Shown piece after piece: positions 17,639 through 30,706 of a DNA stretch of 64,000 nt. How positions within the stretch are numbered: the stretch's first letter is position 1; every line of letters starts with the position of its first letter. The notes beneath the pieces are model-generated. The model was given only the letters and a program-made list of their open reading frames with translations. It had not been told where the DNA came from and did not search any database. Origin of the DNA: Chrysomallon squamiferum (taxonomy: Eukaryota > Animalia > Mollusca); NCBI GenBank assembly GCA_012295275.1, contig CM022665.1, forward strand, positions 18,600,001 to 18,664,000. Reading direction: 5' to 3'. The position numbers and the translations under genes were made by a program.

Positions 17639-17770
17639 CTAAATGTAAAAAGAGGAATATAATGGAAAAAATCTGAGTTTAAAAAGTCTGAGTATTTGGT
17701 TTAAGAATCTTTCTTCACAGATGTGTGTCAGGTGTTTAGATATCTTCCACAGGTTTGGCTGACGTTTTCT
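17639..17770 (-). CDS. MLH3: MLH3 last coding exon
   Basis: tttcag acceptor; RKRQPNLWKI... to TAG. Confidence 0.75.
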   Translation of the reverse strand, partial: RKRQPNLWKISKHLTHICEERFLNQILRLFKLRFFPLYSSFYI

Positions 17771-20691
17771 CTGAAACAAAGAAAAAAAATTGTTTTATGA
17801 TTTACAATCAAGTTTATGTATTTGACTAGAAAAGGGTTTTAACTTGCTGAACCACTGGGATTTTTAGATTTCAACCAGCGACACGTGAGACTGGTGGATC
17901 AAAATTCATGTTTCATGTGCTCTGCTGTTTAATGAAAAAATTAATTTTAGAAAGTTAATATATTAACTGAAAAAAGTGGTTCAAAATTTGATGGCCATCA
18001 CACCTTTCCTGTAATATTTTCATTATACATTTATATAATAATAGTGTCAGGTTATTGTCTTTAACTAAATATTTATTAATTCCTATATTACAAATTATTA
18101 TTAGCTATTTTAGTACAGAATTAAAACAAAAAAATAAACAAAACATTTTTTTTTTTCTTCCTTTTTTTTTTTTTTTTCTTTTTGACTGATTGAGTCCATA
18201 GCTGTGACATTAACATTTTCACATACCTGGGTTGGAAGTTTACTTTTCAGATGGTTTAGGTTTATCAGAGGTGAGACTGATGGGCGACCATGTGCACACT
18301 GAAATGGCAAATTGCACTTCGACAAGTTTTCTATCAGCTCAACACACTGTTCTGATGTAAGTGAGTCTCCAAATTTTACAGCGCCTGTAAATATATCTAT
18401 TGTTCAATCTCTCTTATAAATGTTAAAGAAAAAATGCTATTGATAATATTAAATTCAGTATATACAATACAGGCCTGTACACCATTTGCCCCAAAAACTA
18501 ACAAGTCCATCCATGGAGGTGTAGAAAAAATGAAATTAGTCTGATTACATGCATCATACTCATGTTGTAATGTGCAGTAGAAATGTGCTGTGACATAACA
18601 AATGTTGTTTTTTCCACGGATCATTTTAAGTTTTACTTCCCAGAATGCAGGAAAATACCTCTCCTGCATTATAGATTTTGAGGGCATGTTTCTGGACTCC
18701 CCTAGCAACTCAAGCCCTAGGGGCTGTCAACTAGGCCCCTCTCCCAATAAAAATGTCTGCACAGATGGGTCTGCAATAGTTTGATTTACTTCTAATATTT
18801 CATAAAAAGTTTTAAACCTAAAGTAATTTTTCGATCTAAAACAAATCTCAGAACACACATTTTTTTCTTCTTCAGTGTCACAGTCTATATGGACTTTTGT
18901 AACAACTCGATACCTTTTAAACTTTTGTAACAGTAATATATTTGGGAATCTACTGAATTACTGAGGAACCATATGCTCCCTGATCTAACCTACTTTGGGT
19001 GCCCATTGCACTATTTGTTGTTCCAGCTAATTATCCTTAAATTGTTCATCAATTTGTCACTGCTCTTCCCAATCTATGCGAAGGTTTATGTAAAAGTCAA
19101 GAACCAGCTTTTATTCCTCAAACTATATAATGTAATGATTTATTGGAATATTTATAGAATTATTATTACCATGACAAGCTTGTGAAGATAAAACTTTGTG
19201 TAACGTTTGTGGTAAATGATTTCTAGCTCCACCAGTGTTTTTCATTAACTGTAATAATAAAAGTACTGTTCACATTACAGAATGCCCAGTTGTTATTCCT
19301 TAAATGAAGACAAATATAATATGAGATTTTTTTTACTAAACACAAGAAAAGATTATTTCATTAACTGTAGTACAAATTTACTGATACATCTATCTATAAA
19401 GTAAAATAATTTTAATTCCTTTCTAAATATTTTTATCTCTGAAAAAATTAAATTTATTTTCAAATTAAAGCTTAGTTTTTGAGGTTATTTATTTACTTTA
19501 TTACTTTATTACTACCATTATTATTATTTTATTTTTTCTGTAATTTTTTCTTTTTTTCTTACTTTAAATTTTTGTTGTTGTTGCATAATCATTCTAATTA
19601 ATAAATGATGGATAAGTTTTGTTATAATTTTTAAAAACAGAACCATAAGATTGTATCCAAATTTCTATTACCTGAATATGATCTTTCAGCAATGTCTGTA
19701 AATATGAAGAAAAAAAAATATGATTAAGAAATACTGTATAAAATAAACAGATATGTTAAAAATAGCTATAAAACAATTTAAGGAATAAAATTAATAAACA
19801 AAAAATCAACAAAGAAATAAAAATGAAATAATCTTAGATCAAATGTCAGCAAATAAATATAATTCACTTTTACAAATTTAATCTGTACTTTTAAAAATTT
19901 AGTTTTGCCTTCAAACTGTATCACATTAACCTCATTATCTAACCTTTTACCAATATATTCAGAAATACACGTATATGATTTGCTAATAATTTACTGTTAT
20001 TTATAACTTGAGTAGTACTTAACACATTGCAGATTTTACTGATTTTTGTAAAAATATATATTGGGAAATGGAATAAATAAAGAGAGTAATATATTAATAT
20101 TGTCTCACCTCAACCAGTTCTATGGCTACAGAATCTCGTTTTCTTTTCAGCTCACTTGCCTCTCTCTCAACAATGCAAGCTGGAACACTATGAATATTTA
20201 CTTGATTTTTACTGGTACTGACAAAACTGAAGTGAATACCTGTAAACACAAAATAATATCTACTGAAATTACATAGGCATTATTACAGTATGTAGGTATG
20301 TATGAAATATCCAACGTTAAAATCACTTAAATGTAACTTAATTACGTTCAGGCAAAATACAGAAATATATCTGAAAAGTAGTTGTAGAATAGAGCTTAGA
20401 CAAACCTATTCTGTTTATTTCTGTTTGGAAAGAAGACATAAGTCTCATCTCTTCGTCTGTCATGGTCACTGTTTTTGGAGGGATCACCTGAGACTGTTTT
20501 ATACAACAACCATCTACATCATCATCAATGTACAAATCTGCAAGTTACAGTTATTTAGTGTAAGAACATTGTGTTTTAACCAGCAACATGTTATTACATT
20601 ATTCTGTTAACAACTTTATATATCTATATCTGTATCTGTATCTATTTCTATATCTCTATGAATATGTATGTATATGTAGCCAGGTGCGAGT

Positions 20692-20737
<46 letters not shown>

Positions 20738-23700
20738 ATGTTGTGGTATCATGTGTATTCCTCAGATGCCATTACTAATGACAGCATAAAATTAAAAGAC
20801 ATTACAAATTCAGATCTTCAAAATGTATTCAGATATAAAAATATATTTCATTAGGCATGAGCTGTGATTTACCTTCAGTTAGCTGTTCTAGTCTGACTCG
20901 TTCGTGGGCAGCATGCTGGTCAATCAGAACTATTAAACTAGGAACTGAAACAATAATTAACAGTTAATAACATCTTGTATCTGCAACTTTATAGATACAA
21001 ACTTATCTGTAATGCAAACATATAAAGTTAATTTTTGCAAATCCTATTAAATTGTTGTGAAAACTGATGACAATAATGTTTACTGTGATAAATTTAATAA
21101 GTTGAAAACATAAGAAATTCTGTGACATTGTGTATTTTACCTTGTGTAGTGTTTTTGTCGTCAGTTCTAAGAACACAAGCAATAAATTTGTTATCAATCT
21201 GACCAAGTACCTGAAAATACATTTAAATTGTTATCAGTTTCAGATAAAAATGTATCTAAATATCATAAACAGTTATCTCCCATTTCTTCTGTAACAAAAA
21301 TGCACATTTTAAAATGTTTTAAGTGAGATTTCAAATGCTTAAAGAAAAGAAATGATGAATAGCTTATTTATCTGTATCTGAGAAAGTACATCATCAACAT
21401 AGATTCCAGTACAGTAATGAGATTATTTATCATTTAAAGAGTCACAAAACTTTCTACAAATCAGATAAACAAGACTTTGTACTTCCAAAACAGCTTAATT
21501 AACATAAAAAGGAGACATCTACATTTATTTTTAAAAACTTACTTTTACACCTTGCAGCATATTCTTTGTAAAGCGAGTTGGATGAAGACTCTGAAAATAC
21601 TGTGTTGCTGATGCAATGCTGTTGTGAACCTCAGCATTCACAGCTACCTGAAAGTATCAATGGAAATATCCAAGTACTTCTATAATACAAAATCATTATC
21701 AAGCTGAAATAATTTTTTTTTTTTTTTAAATAATTTTTTTTTTTTTTAAATGAATTTTACAAATATTACTCAAATCTGAATAGAATTTGGGAAATTCCAT
21801 GTCAAATCATTCAATGGGTTTAACTTTCTTTGATTCCGCTTTTTTTGTATTTAGCCCAGATCTCAAATATTAGCTCTGGAAATTTGAATAGCAAAAATAA
21901 ATAGGCATGGGTAATTTTTTTGGCCCTGATAGTTCTGTAACCAGAAGAATGATTTTGATGAAACCAGTGTCATTGCAAAGACAATCTGATTCCAAATCTG
22001 TAATTATTTCCTTGACAAGTGTAAGGTTTGACTCTATAATGCACAAAAAAACAACAGATTTTATGTAATTTATATTTGACTGCTATGTTTTATTTACTGG
22101 AAAAATAAAAATAAAAACTTACAGAAGTACTGAATAATATCTGATGCTGTTTAAGGTTCAAATTCAAGAATTAGACATTTATGCTTAAAATCCCAAGTGT
22201 TCTTATATTTAAGAAATTAAATAATTAATCAAGCTGTGTTACAGGAAGGTATATACATAGCTATCAACAAACCTGTTTAGGTTTTTCAAACACTGGATTG
22301 ATCCAAGCTGACAACAGATTTGACATGTCAGAACAACCTGTAAGATATTAAACAGATACTAGTAGTTAGCTTTAATATTCTTTTTTTTCACACCAGTTTG
22401 AAATTAATATAATCTATACTACAAGAACTCTAATATATATTACAATCATTAATGCCAAAGTTAAAACTGATAGCAAATATAAATCAAGTAACTCCAAGAA
22501 AAAGTGTAATTAATACAATGTATTTAGATTATATTCACAAGAAATAATAGCCTCTTATTTTAAATAGACTCATTAGTCCATGGCATAATGAATAAATAAA
22601 AAGGACAAAACAGAATGATTTATCTACACAGATAATCTGTAATAAACATGTGCATTCACTGAGATGACTAAAGATTTTTTTATACTGTACCTGAGGAGTC
22701 AAAAGAAGCTGAACCTTTTCTCCACTTCACACCTCTGTCTGCAGAGCACTCTTCAAGATGTGAATTTAACATTTCTTGTAGTTTGAACTTAGATTTTGAT
22801 GAAATTACACCTGAACTGCTGTAGCTACTTGAAGCAGCTGACATAAAAAGGAAAGAAGAGTGACCTATAAATATGCTATAGCAGGAACATAAAATAATTT
22901 TAATATGATATATATTAGTATTAAAATAAAAATGTCATTAACCTTTTTCCTGCTGTTCATGATGAGATAGGACCAGCCAGTCTTCTTCAGACATTGTATT
23001 ACCACTCAACACATTCACATACAGAGTACTTCCTAAAATATTCAACAAAAAAACACGATTCTCTCATAAACCATTCTGCTCATTTACAATTTTACTAAAT
23101 TTTCACCTGTCTTTATTGCTTTATAAATAATCAAGAAAAGGATTTATTTTTATAATTAAGCTATATTACTCTTAAAACAGAACTTGTTTAAATCATCTTT
23201 TCAGTATTTACAGCAAGATTATATTTGTTGGAAATTCTAAGTATTGGCATCTCTCACTTAAACTACATCATACAGAGTAATAATTAAAAGGATTAATTCG
23301 TCTGTTAGCAAAAAAAAAAAACAGCCCTGGTATTGCTTTTACAAGCTTTCAGTGACAGATGTATTTACATATTCTGTGGATTATATTAAATTAGTTGTAG
23401 GTATTCTCACCTGTCTTCAGGTCTGTGACCTTTTTCCATTTATCTTGTGTCTGTTCAAGATTTTCTGAAAGACATGCCAATTTTTCAACAGACTGGGTCA
23501 CTGTTTTTTTCACTTCACTATTGCTTGAACATAAAACCTCAGTGCCAAGACTGTCTGAAACAGTATGAGGACTCCACATGTCTGAACTGTTTCTCTGTGT
23601 CTGTCTGTCTTCTTCGTTACATTTTCTTATTGAACAATCAGCATCAGTCATTTTATCATTAAGAAAATCTTGATGCATTGTATTGCCATTCATTTCAACA

Positions 23701-26700
23701 ACTCTGCTGTCCTGGATATCATTTTTCATCATTTGCTTATCACAGGTGTCTGTCTCACTTACAGGTTTTGTTGACTGCAGATGTCCTGCATCATGCAATG
23801 CTTCAGAAACAGGTTCTTTAAGTTTGGAGCTTGTCTTTGGACCTATATCATCTCGGACATTCACAGCGTTTTCACAGTTAGATGCAATTTTCATAAAGGG
23901 ATTTAGCTGTTTTTCTAAGTTAGAGGTAGTGATATCTACAGTAATGTCTGAGCTAGTTGATTTTTCACTTGCCATTTCAACTTCATTATTATTGTCTGAT
24001 ACAACACTTTGTGAACATATCAATGAGTCATTCGTTTCCATGGTATTATTTCCAGTGGATTCACTTGTTTTATCTAACACATCATCAGTATTACTCATAA
24101 AAGTATTTTCCAAAGAACTGCCCATCTGAATGAAATTTTTAGTTTTGCTTTCATTATTAATATCTAATACTTCCTGTGAACTAAGTGTACATTCCATAGA
24201 AAGGTCCAATTTGAGAGTACCAGAATTTGTATTTAATGTGTTGTTAGAATGTGGGCTATTTATATTATGTGACATATTTTCATTTGAATGTAAACTTCTG
24301 CTAGAGTTACGATGAGATTCTACTGAACATTTCACTTGTAAATGATCTTTTTCAACAGTATCACTAGTGAACTCTGTAGCTTCAGAAGAGGTAACATATT
24401 TACTAGTCTCGTTACTCAAGCAGAGCTCATCAACAACTTTAGCTTCTGTCTGTCTGGATAGACTGTGTAGCAGGTTTGATTCTGATAATTCACAAGATTC
24501 TGTACAGTTACTGTGAAGCACAGATGTGTGACCAAACTGATTTTCACAACATAAGGTACTGCCATTGGTATCAGGTATCTGGGATTCTTCTCCATTTTCT
24601 GTACTTGATTTTGCAGGTGTAAAAATATCAGAAAATAAACTGTGTTCAGAGTCATGTTCTTCTGTCACAGAAAACTCATGTATTTTGTATGAACACATAG
24701 AATCTGATTCATCTGAATGACTTTCAGTATTCTGTAATTGTGTATTTGATAGAGTAAACCCTTCTGATTGAAATTCATTGTTACGTGAATAATTTAGAAA
24801 TGGCAGATTTACATGTGTAACATCAAACCCTTCACTACCTTCTGGTGGTAGCATATCAGATGATTTATTCATAATTTGTTTTCTGTGTTCCTTTCTTTGT
24901 GCATTAACTTGGATATTTTGCAGATGTTTGTTACATTCATTCTTTTCATAATCTGCCAAATTTTTAGACTGACAACTATTTTTGTAATCAGCCAAATTAG
25001 AAGAACTAGATCCAACCGACTTTCTTAAAGGATTATTTGTATCATTCAGAATTACATTTCTTGGTTTAATTAACGAACTGGTCACATCATTTCTAAAATA
25101 ATTTAATTTATTTTTTATACACTGTGCATCAGCTTTGTATGACTGTTCACATGTATATCTGGAATCATTGGTTTTCTCAACAGAGTCTTTTTTACTTTCT
25201 ATTTCTACATTAGTTTTAGACAACCTTGCAAACACAGTTCTAGGTGTTTCAAAGAATGAGTCACTGGTCATAAACTTATTTCTGACACTAGATGTCTCTG
25301 TGACTTCAGAACTAGCAGTTTTTCTTTGTTCATTATTTGCATGAACTAATTTTGATAATTTTGAGGCAACAGAAGATGATGTATTAGGATGCAATCTTTT
25401 ATGTGAACCAGAGTCTACATTTTTTGTTGCTGGATAGTTAACACAATATTCTGTAGCTAAACAAGGACTTGTTTGAGTACTCGTTGTTTTCATGTGACTG
25501 CAACATGTCTGAACAGCACTGGCACTGTTCTGTGAATGCATGACACTGGAACATAAAGGATCTAAAAATAGTGTTTGTTTTTCCATCTGTTTTAAATTAA
25601 AATTCCCTTTGTGATTATTTTCTAAACTTTCAGGTTCCTTTCCATCATTCACACATTCACTGGAGCCTTTCTCTACTATCTGACATGAATGTTTAACTAA
25701 AATATCATTTGTTTTTTCTGCATTCACTTTAACCTCTTTGACAGCTGTTTTTGAATCATTCAAACCACTAACAGAAGGGTTAACAAAATCGTCAGCAGCA
25801 AGATTTTCCCTTATCTGAGCACTAAAACATCTAGATTTTTTTTTTTTTTCTGGAGTTAATGTAATGTGACTAATTTTAGTCATATTTGTAGCAACTTTCT
25901 TGGCATAAAACTGACAGAGTGAATGCTCAATTTTTTCTTTAAAACTAGTAACTCTTGCAGACCTGTTTATACCAGAGATATGTCTGTTTGAAGACTTACT
26001 GTCCAATTTTACAGCATCACATAATCTGCTCTTTCTGTTTTTATCCAGTTCTTTTCTTGGAGTTAACAGTGGATCCTCAAGCTCCATCTCAGAATCAATG
26101 AAAGTATTCTGATTATTTTCTGCACTGTGAGAAGTGGAAGTAGATGGTACTACTGCAGCTAATTTTGGAATGAGACACACTGGTGCGGTAGGTCTGTTTG
26201 GTGTTTTCACTGTGCTAGTTGATATATTACTGGATACAGGATCAGCAGTTACTGGCACAGATTCTGATTCTGTTCTCTCAGAAATGGAATTAGCACCGTT
26301 ATTTGTTCCAGACAAACCTGGATTGTTTCCACTAGTTATATCATCAGTTTCTTCAGGTTCTGTGACTTTACATAGTGCTGTAGTTTCAACATCTCTATTA
26401 CTCTCTGTTGACAAATGGACAATGCCAACATCAGACTGATCTTTCAAACTGGGTTCTGTGTCAGTGGACCTATCAGTAGTATCTGTTTCAGCATCATTCT
26501 GCTTGGTGTTATAATTACGAATAACTGTTCTTGAATGAAGACTCTGAAGCATGTTGTATGTGGATATCTTATCTCCAAATGTTTCTACTGAAGTCTTACT
26601 TATGTCATTAAATGTTTTATTAGTCTCTTCGTTAGAATTATTTAGTACATCTGTGTTTTGTTCTTCATTGATATTACTAATATCTTCCTCTGATCCCTGT

Positions 26701-29700
26701 CTTCTGGTACACAGTCTCTCCGAATCTATGTCTACTCTCTGAGATAGTGAAACTGAACTGGAATCAGGCACAGAAATTAGATTATCTTTTTTCAGAAAGT
26801 TCCAAACAAGTGTTTCTATTAATGTGATGAGTACACACCAGTCTTTAAATTCAACCAGTGTTTTAGCTGGATCAAATGTAATATCATAGATGTCAAGAGG
26901 ACATTTAATGTTCAAAACAAAAATACAATATTTTTCATTTTGTTTGGTAGGACTTGAATTCGTAGATGTTTCCCCCTCTAAAACTGTTAATTTTCTTTTA
27001 AAAACCATTGACTTACTAAAAATATGATTAATCAGTTTATGAATTCTGGTTTTCAACACCATCCGACCATTAATATAAACAAACTGTAACTCCTTGTTAT
27101 AATGTGGCTCTTTGCCAATATGACCTTCAACAATGAACTCATTATCACAGACTGAAACGGGACTGAGACATTTAGCTTTCCCTGCACCAAACAGATAAGT
27201 AAATGCTGTCAACATGCAGCTACTTTTGTGTGTTTGCATTATAACATTACCAGTAACATCATTTCTAAGAGAGAAACTTATGTTTGGATGAATTAAAGCA
27301 ATGCCCTCCAGTCTGTAGCGAATTTGTTCCAGTTCCAAACTTTCTATTACAGATTTTCTTCTTACTGGGAGGTTATAAAAGAGATCATGCACAGTGACCG
27401 TTGTCCCCACTGAGGGTCGATGGATGGTTGACTCAAATATGGATAGAGCTGTACCTCGCTGAAACATTTTACAATATGTCTGACTGGAGTGTCGGGTTCT
27501 TGTTATTATCTCCAGTATGGCTGCTGTGTCTTTGAGACTGGCCAGAGCCTCACCACGGTAACCAAAGTAATGAAGATGCTGCAGATCCTCGATTGCATAA
27601 CATTTACTAGTGTAATATCTAGAAGAAAAAAATCAATCCTTTTGTATTTATAAAATTATGCGTAAGTGATGTAGAATAGCAATTTTAAACTTGGTTTTTT
27701 TCCCCAAGTGATTTATTAATAAACATAATTTGATGGCAAAATATGGTCACATGTGATAGCTGGAAAAAATGGAGGCAAAATGTATCAACACTTCTGACAT
27801 CCAAGTGATATATTTAAAAAAAAAAAAAAAAGAAAAAAGAAAATGATGTCATCTTAGAACTTTGCCTCTGGTTAAAAGTAAGGTGAAGTTTAGTACAAAA
27901 GGGTTATTATTTTGCAAACATTCCACCCTCATGTAAATACTGATATAGGGTCATTCTGTGTCAAATCACCCAATGGGTTAAACCCGACCATCTCAGATTT
28001 TTATGAAACTTGGTATACTTGTTGACTGAGATCCCACAGCACTAAATCTGAAATATTAGCTCAATCAGACCAGTGGTGTGGGAGATAAGGCCCATCGAAT
28101 TTTGAGATTTTTGGCAAAAATGGGTGCGACCACCAACCTTTGAACCCTTATATCTCAGGAACTACTGGGCCAATCTTCATAAAATTGGTACTGTTGAAAA
28201 GGCAATATGACAAGGATTCCAAATCTGCCCTTTTTGTTCACTTCGGAAAATACTGGGGTACATTTACCTTTTGACCTTTGCTTTGACCTTGAAATTGACT
28301 GTGTGGATCACGTGACCTTGAGATGACCTTTATTGAAATTTAATCTCCCACATGTTAACTAAAACATATAAAAGTTTCCTGGGTGTAATATTTTTTGTTT
28401 AGCCACAGTATAGATTTAAAAAATGCACATACACAAAAATAACACCTTTTCAGCCATTAACATCTGATTAACTAAAACTTGAATGATCAATTCTGGATGC
28501 TAGGAATCACCATCTTTCTTGATCATTGAGTAAGACATTGTAGGCCTACATGTATGCATAAAGTTCACATAAATTTGAGAGAACTAGGTGTTTCTGATGC
28601 TTAACCTTCTCACCGTCTGTTTCAAATGCTCACTGTATCCTTCATTCCCAGACATATTCTACTGTACTCATCACTTTCATAAAACTGGACTAAATTTCCT
28701 CCTTCAATTCATTTGACAGAACTTTCCCTTGTTTCTTATCAATTGCTTATTAATCTTCTTGTTTTAAAATCCCTGTTAATTATTATTGTCTGAACCAAAC
28801 TAAGCCATTGCTTAATTAAATGGACCAGAAATATTGAAATCTGTTTTTCTTAGATCTTTAAGCTTTAGCAGGAATTATTCTTTCATTATATTTGATTTTC
28901 TTATTACTGTTTGTTTTTAAAAGACATATTCAGTTTTTATAAGTGATTTTTTTTTTCTTCCAAGATTATTCCTACTCTTGTTAATGTACAGTATTTTATT
29001 ATTGTTTGTTATTACTGTTTATTTTTATTTTATTCAAATTGCAACATAATTTTTTAAGGTTTTATAAGAGAATTACTCTGCTGATCTTGGTTAATTGATA
29101 GATAATTGTTATTTATTGTTCGAAAGTTGTAGAAATATCTGAGAGAGGGAAGTTGGAGAGGTGTATAATTTTAGCAATAATAATAATAATAATAATAACA
29201 ACAACAACAACAACAAAATACAACAATAATAATAACAAAACTAATAATAACAGCAATAACAATAGCAATAATTATAAAAAAATAAAAATAAAAAAAAATA
29301 TTTGAAAGATGTACTCATTTACATAGATGCATATAAAAAGAGAAAGACCAATCGAACAACAGGGATAGTTAATTTATAAAATAAATGTCAGCTTCATCTT
29401 CTGAATGATGCTGTACAAGTTCAGGAACATGCTGGAGGAAAGAGTAATTCAAGAAGTCTGAATCCTACCCAGAGCGTGTGCAAATCTTGACTTTGTCACC
29501 CTTTACCATTGAAAGGACAATGAATGAATTTGAAACAACGAATAACCTTATGAAAAAAACCTGTGTGGTGAAGAAAGAAAAAGTGATTCTATCCCTCTGT
29601 GATAAGAAACAAGGGAAAGTTCTGTCAAATGAATTGAAGGAGGAAATAATCCAATTTTATGAAAGTGATGAGAACAGTAGAATATGTCCGGGAATGAAGG

Positions 29701-30706
29701 ATACAGTGAGCATTTGAAACACAGATGGTGAGAAGGTTAAGCATCAGAAACACCTAGTTCTCTCAAATTTATGTGAACTTTATGTATACATGTAGGCCTA
29801 CAATGTCTTACTCGATGATCAAGAAAGATGGTGATTCCTAGCATCCAGAATTGATCATTCAGGTTTTAGTTAATCAGATGTTAATGGCTGAAAAGATGCT
29901 ATTTTCATGTATGTGCATTTTTTAAATCTATATTGTGGCTAAACAAAAAATATTACACCCAGGAAACCTTTATATGTTTTAGTTAACATGTGGGAGATTA
30001 AATTTCAATAAAGGTCATCTCAAGGTCACGTGATCCACATGGTCGATTTGGAATCCTTGTCATATTGCCTTTTCAACATGCCAATTTTATGAAGATTGGC
30101 CCAGTAGTTCCTGAGATATGAGGGTTCAAAGGTTGGTGGTTATGCCCATTTTTGTCAAAAATCTCAAAATTCGGTGGGCCATATCTCCCACACCACTGGT
30201 CTGACTGGGCTAAAATTTCAGATTTGGTGCTGTGGGATCCCAGTCAACAAGTATAAAAATCTGAGACGGTCGGGTTTAAATTTCTTTTTTGGGGGTGTGA
30301 TTTGACATGGAATGACCCTATATATATATATATAATTAATATAATTAAATTATATAAAAGGTAACAAATATATATAGTTGCATCTGTAATGAAATTATTA
30401 ATAAAGATTATAACAACATGTTATTAGAAAACTGCTCATGCATACTGAATAACACAACAACAACAGCAAAACAACAATATTCCCTTCACACCTGTTTCCA
30501 ATAAACTCAAGTTGTTCAGGTGACATTCCTAATCCATTGTCCACAACCTGTATCTTGAAACAGGAGAGATCAATTCGAACAGCCACACAGGTAGCTTGAG
30601 CATCCAGTGAGTTCATAACCAGCTCCTCCACACACTGGGTAACATGAGTCACAGTCACTCCTGATCTCAGATGAGACCTCACCTCCTCTGGTAGGAGACG
30701 AATCAT
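17639..30706 (-). CDS. MLH3: DNA mismatch repair / meiotic crossover endonuclease MLH3 (MutL family), ~1875 aa, 14 coding exons
   Basis: Exons 30706-30492, 27618-23411, 23032-22943, 22837-22691, 22337-22273, 21647-21543, 21210-21141, 20944-20873, 20537-20406, 20239-20109, 19695-19672, 19248-19170, 18384-18227, 17770-17639 join in frame (5628 nt). GHKL motifs EELVMNSLDA, VVDNGLGM, YFGYRGEALAS, GTTVTVHDLFYNLPVRRK; endonuclease motif DQHAAHERVRLE; SQACHGAVKFGD; LPFQCAHGRP. Confidence 0.95.
18227..18384 (-). CDS. MLH3: MLH3 exon 13
   Basis: AVKFGDSL...LPFQCAHGRPS. Confidence 0.9.
18470..18773. mobile_element. Degenerate MITE-like repeat in an MLH3 intron
   Basis: GC-richer island with a CAGGCCTGTA end and a core GGGCATG..TGGACTCCCCTAGCA; the reverse complement of this core resembles 49549-49580. 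Confidence 0.3.
19170..19248 (-). CDS. MLH3: MLH3 exon 12
   Basis: LPQTLHKVLSSQACHG. Confidence 0.88.
19672..19695 (-). CDS. MLH3: MLH3 exon 11 (24-nt microexon)
   Basis: ttacag|TLLKDHIQ|GTAATA; phase 0-0; fits between VE and LMKNTGG. Confidence 0.72.
20109..20239 (-). CDS. MLH3: MLH3 exon 10
   Basis: VPACIVEREASELKRKR. Confidence 0.87.
20406..20537 (-). CDS. MLH3: MLH3 exon 9
   Basis: VIPPKTVTMTDEEMRLMSSFQTEINRIG. Confidence 0.85.
20873..20944 (-). CDS. MLH3: MLH3 exon 8 (endonuclease motif)
   Basis: LIDQHAAHERVRLEQL. Confidence 0.92.
21141..21210 (-). CDS. MLH3: MLH3 exon 7
   Basis: VLGQIDNKFIAC. Confidence 0.88.
21543..21647 (-). CDS. MLH3: MLH3 exon 6
   Basis: LHPTRFTKNML; GTAAGT donor. 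Confidence 0.85.
22273..22337 (-). CDS. MLH3: MLH3 exon 5
   Basis: LLSAWINPVF motif. Confidence 0.82.
22691..22837 (-). CDS. MLH3: MLH3 exon 4
   Basis: ...GVKWRK...; phase 1-1. Confidence 0.75.
22943..23032 (-). CDS. MLH3: MLH3 exon 3
   Basis: GSTLYVNVLSGNT; phase 1-1. Confidence 0.8.
23411..27618 (-). CDS. MLH3: MLH3 giant exon 2 (rest of ATPase, transducer domain, long linker)
   Basis: ttctag acceptor; RYYTSKC...FGYRGEALAS; 4208-nt open frame; GTGAGA donor. Confidence 0.93.
27948..30318. mobile_element. Non-autonomous Sola2-like DNA transposon relic with very long inverted arms, in MLH3 intron 1
   Basis: Ends GGGTCATTC...GAATGACCC, flanked by TATA on both sides; 27948-28741 is the reverse complement of 29600-30318, with indels; contains an internal transposase remnant. 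Confidence 0.85.
29445..29784 (+). pseudogene. Sola2-like transposase fragment (N-terminal region, in-frame stop)
   Basis: VQILTLSPFTIERTMNEF...KKEKVIL...GKVLS...QFYESDENSRICPGMKDTVSI*NTDGEKVKHQKHLVLSNLCELY matches the FY..DE.SR..PG.KD.VS...QK.L.L.NL.ELY pattern of Sola2 transposases (recognised by eye). Confidence 0.75.
30492..30706 (-). CDS. MLH3: MLH3 coding exon 1
   Basis: MIRLLPEEVRSHLRSGV...EELVMNSLDA...DNGLGM; GTGTGA donor. Confidence 0.92.

Noticed and set aside
23447-26742. Several plus-strand ORFs antisense to MLH3 exon 2
   Set aside because: Shadow ORFs of a long coding exon, with no independent motifs.
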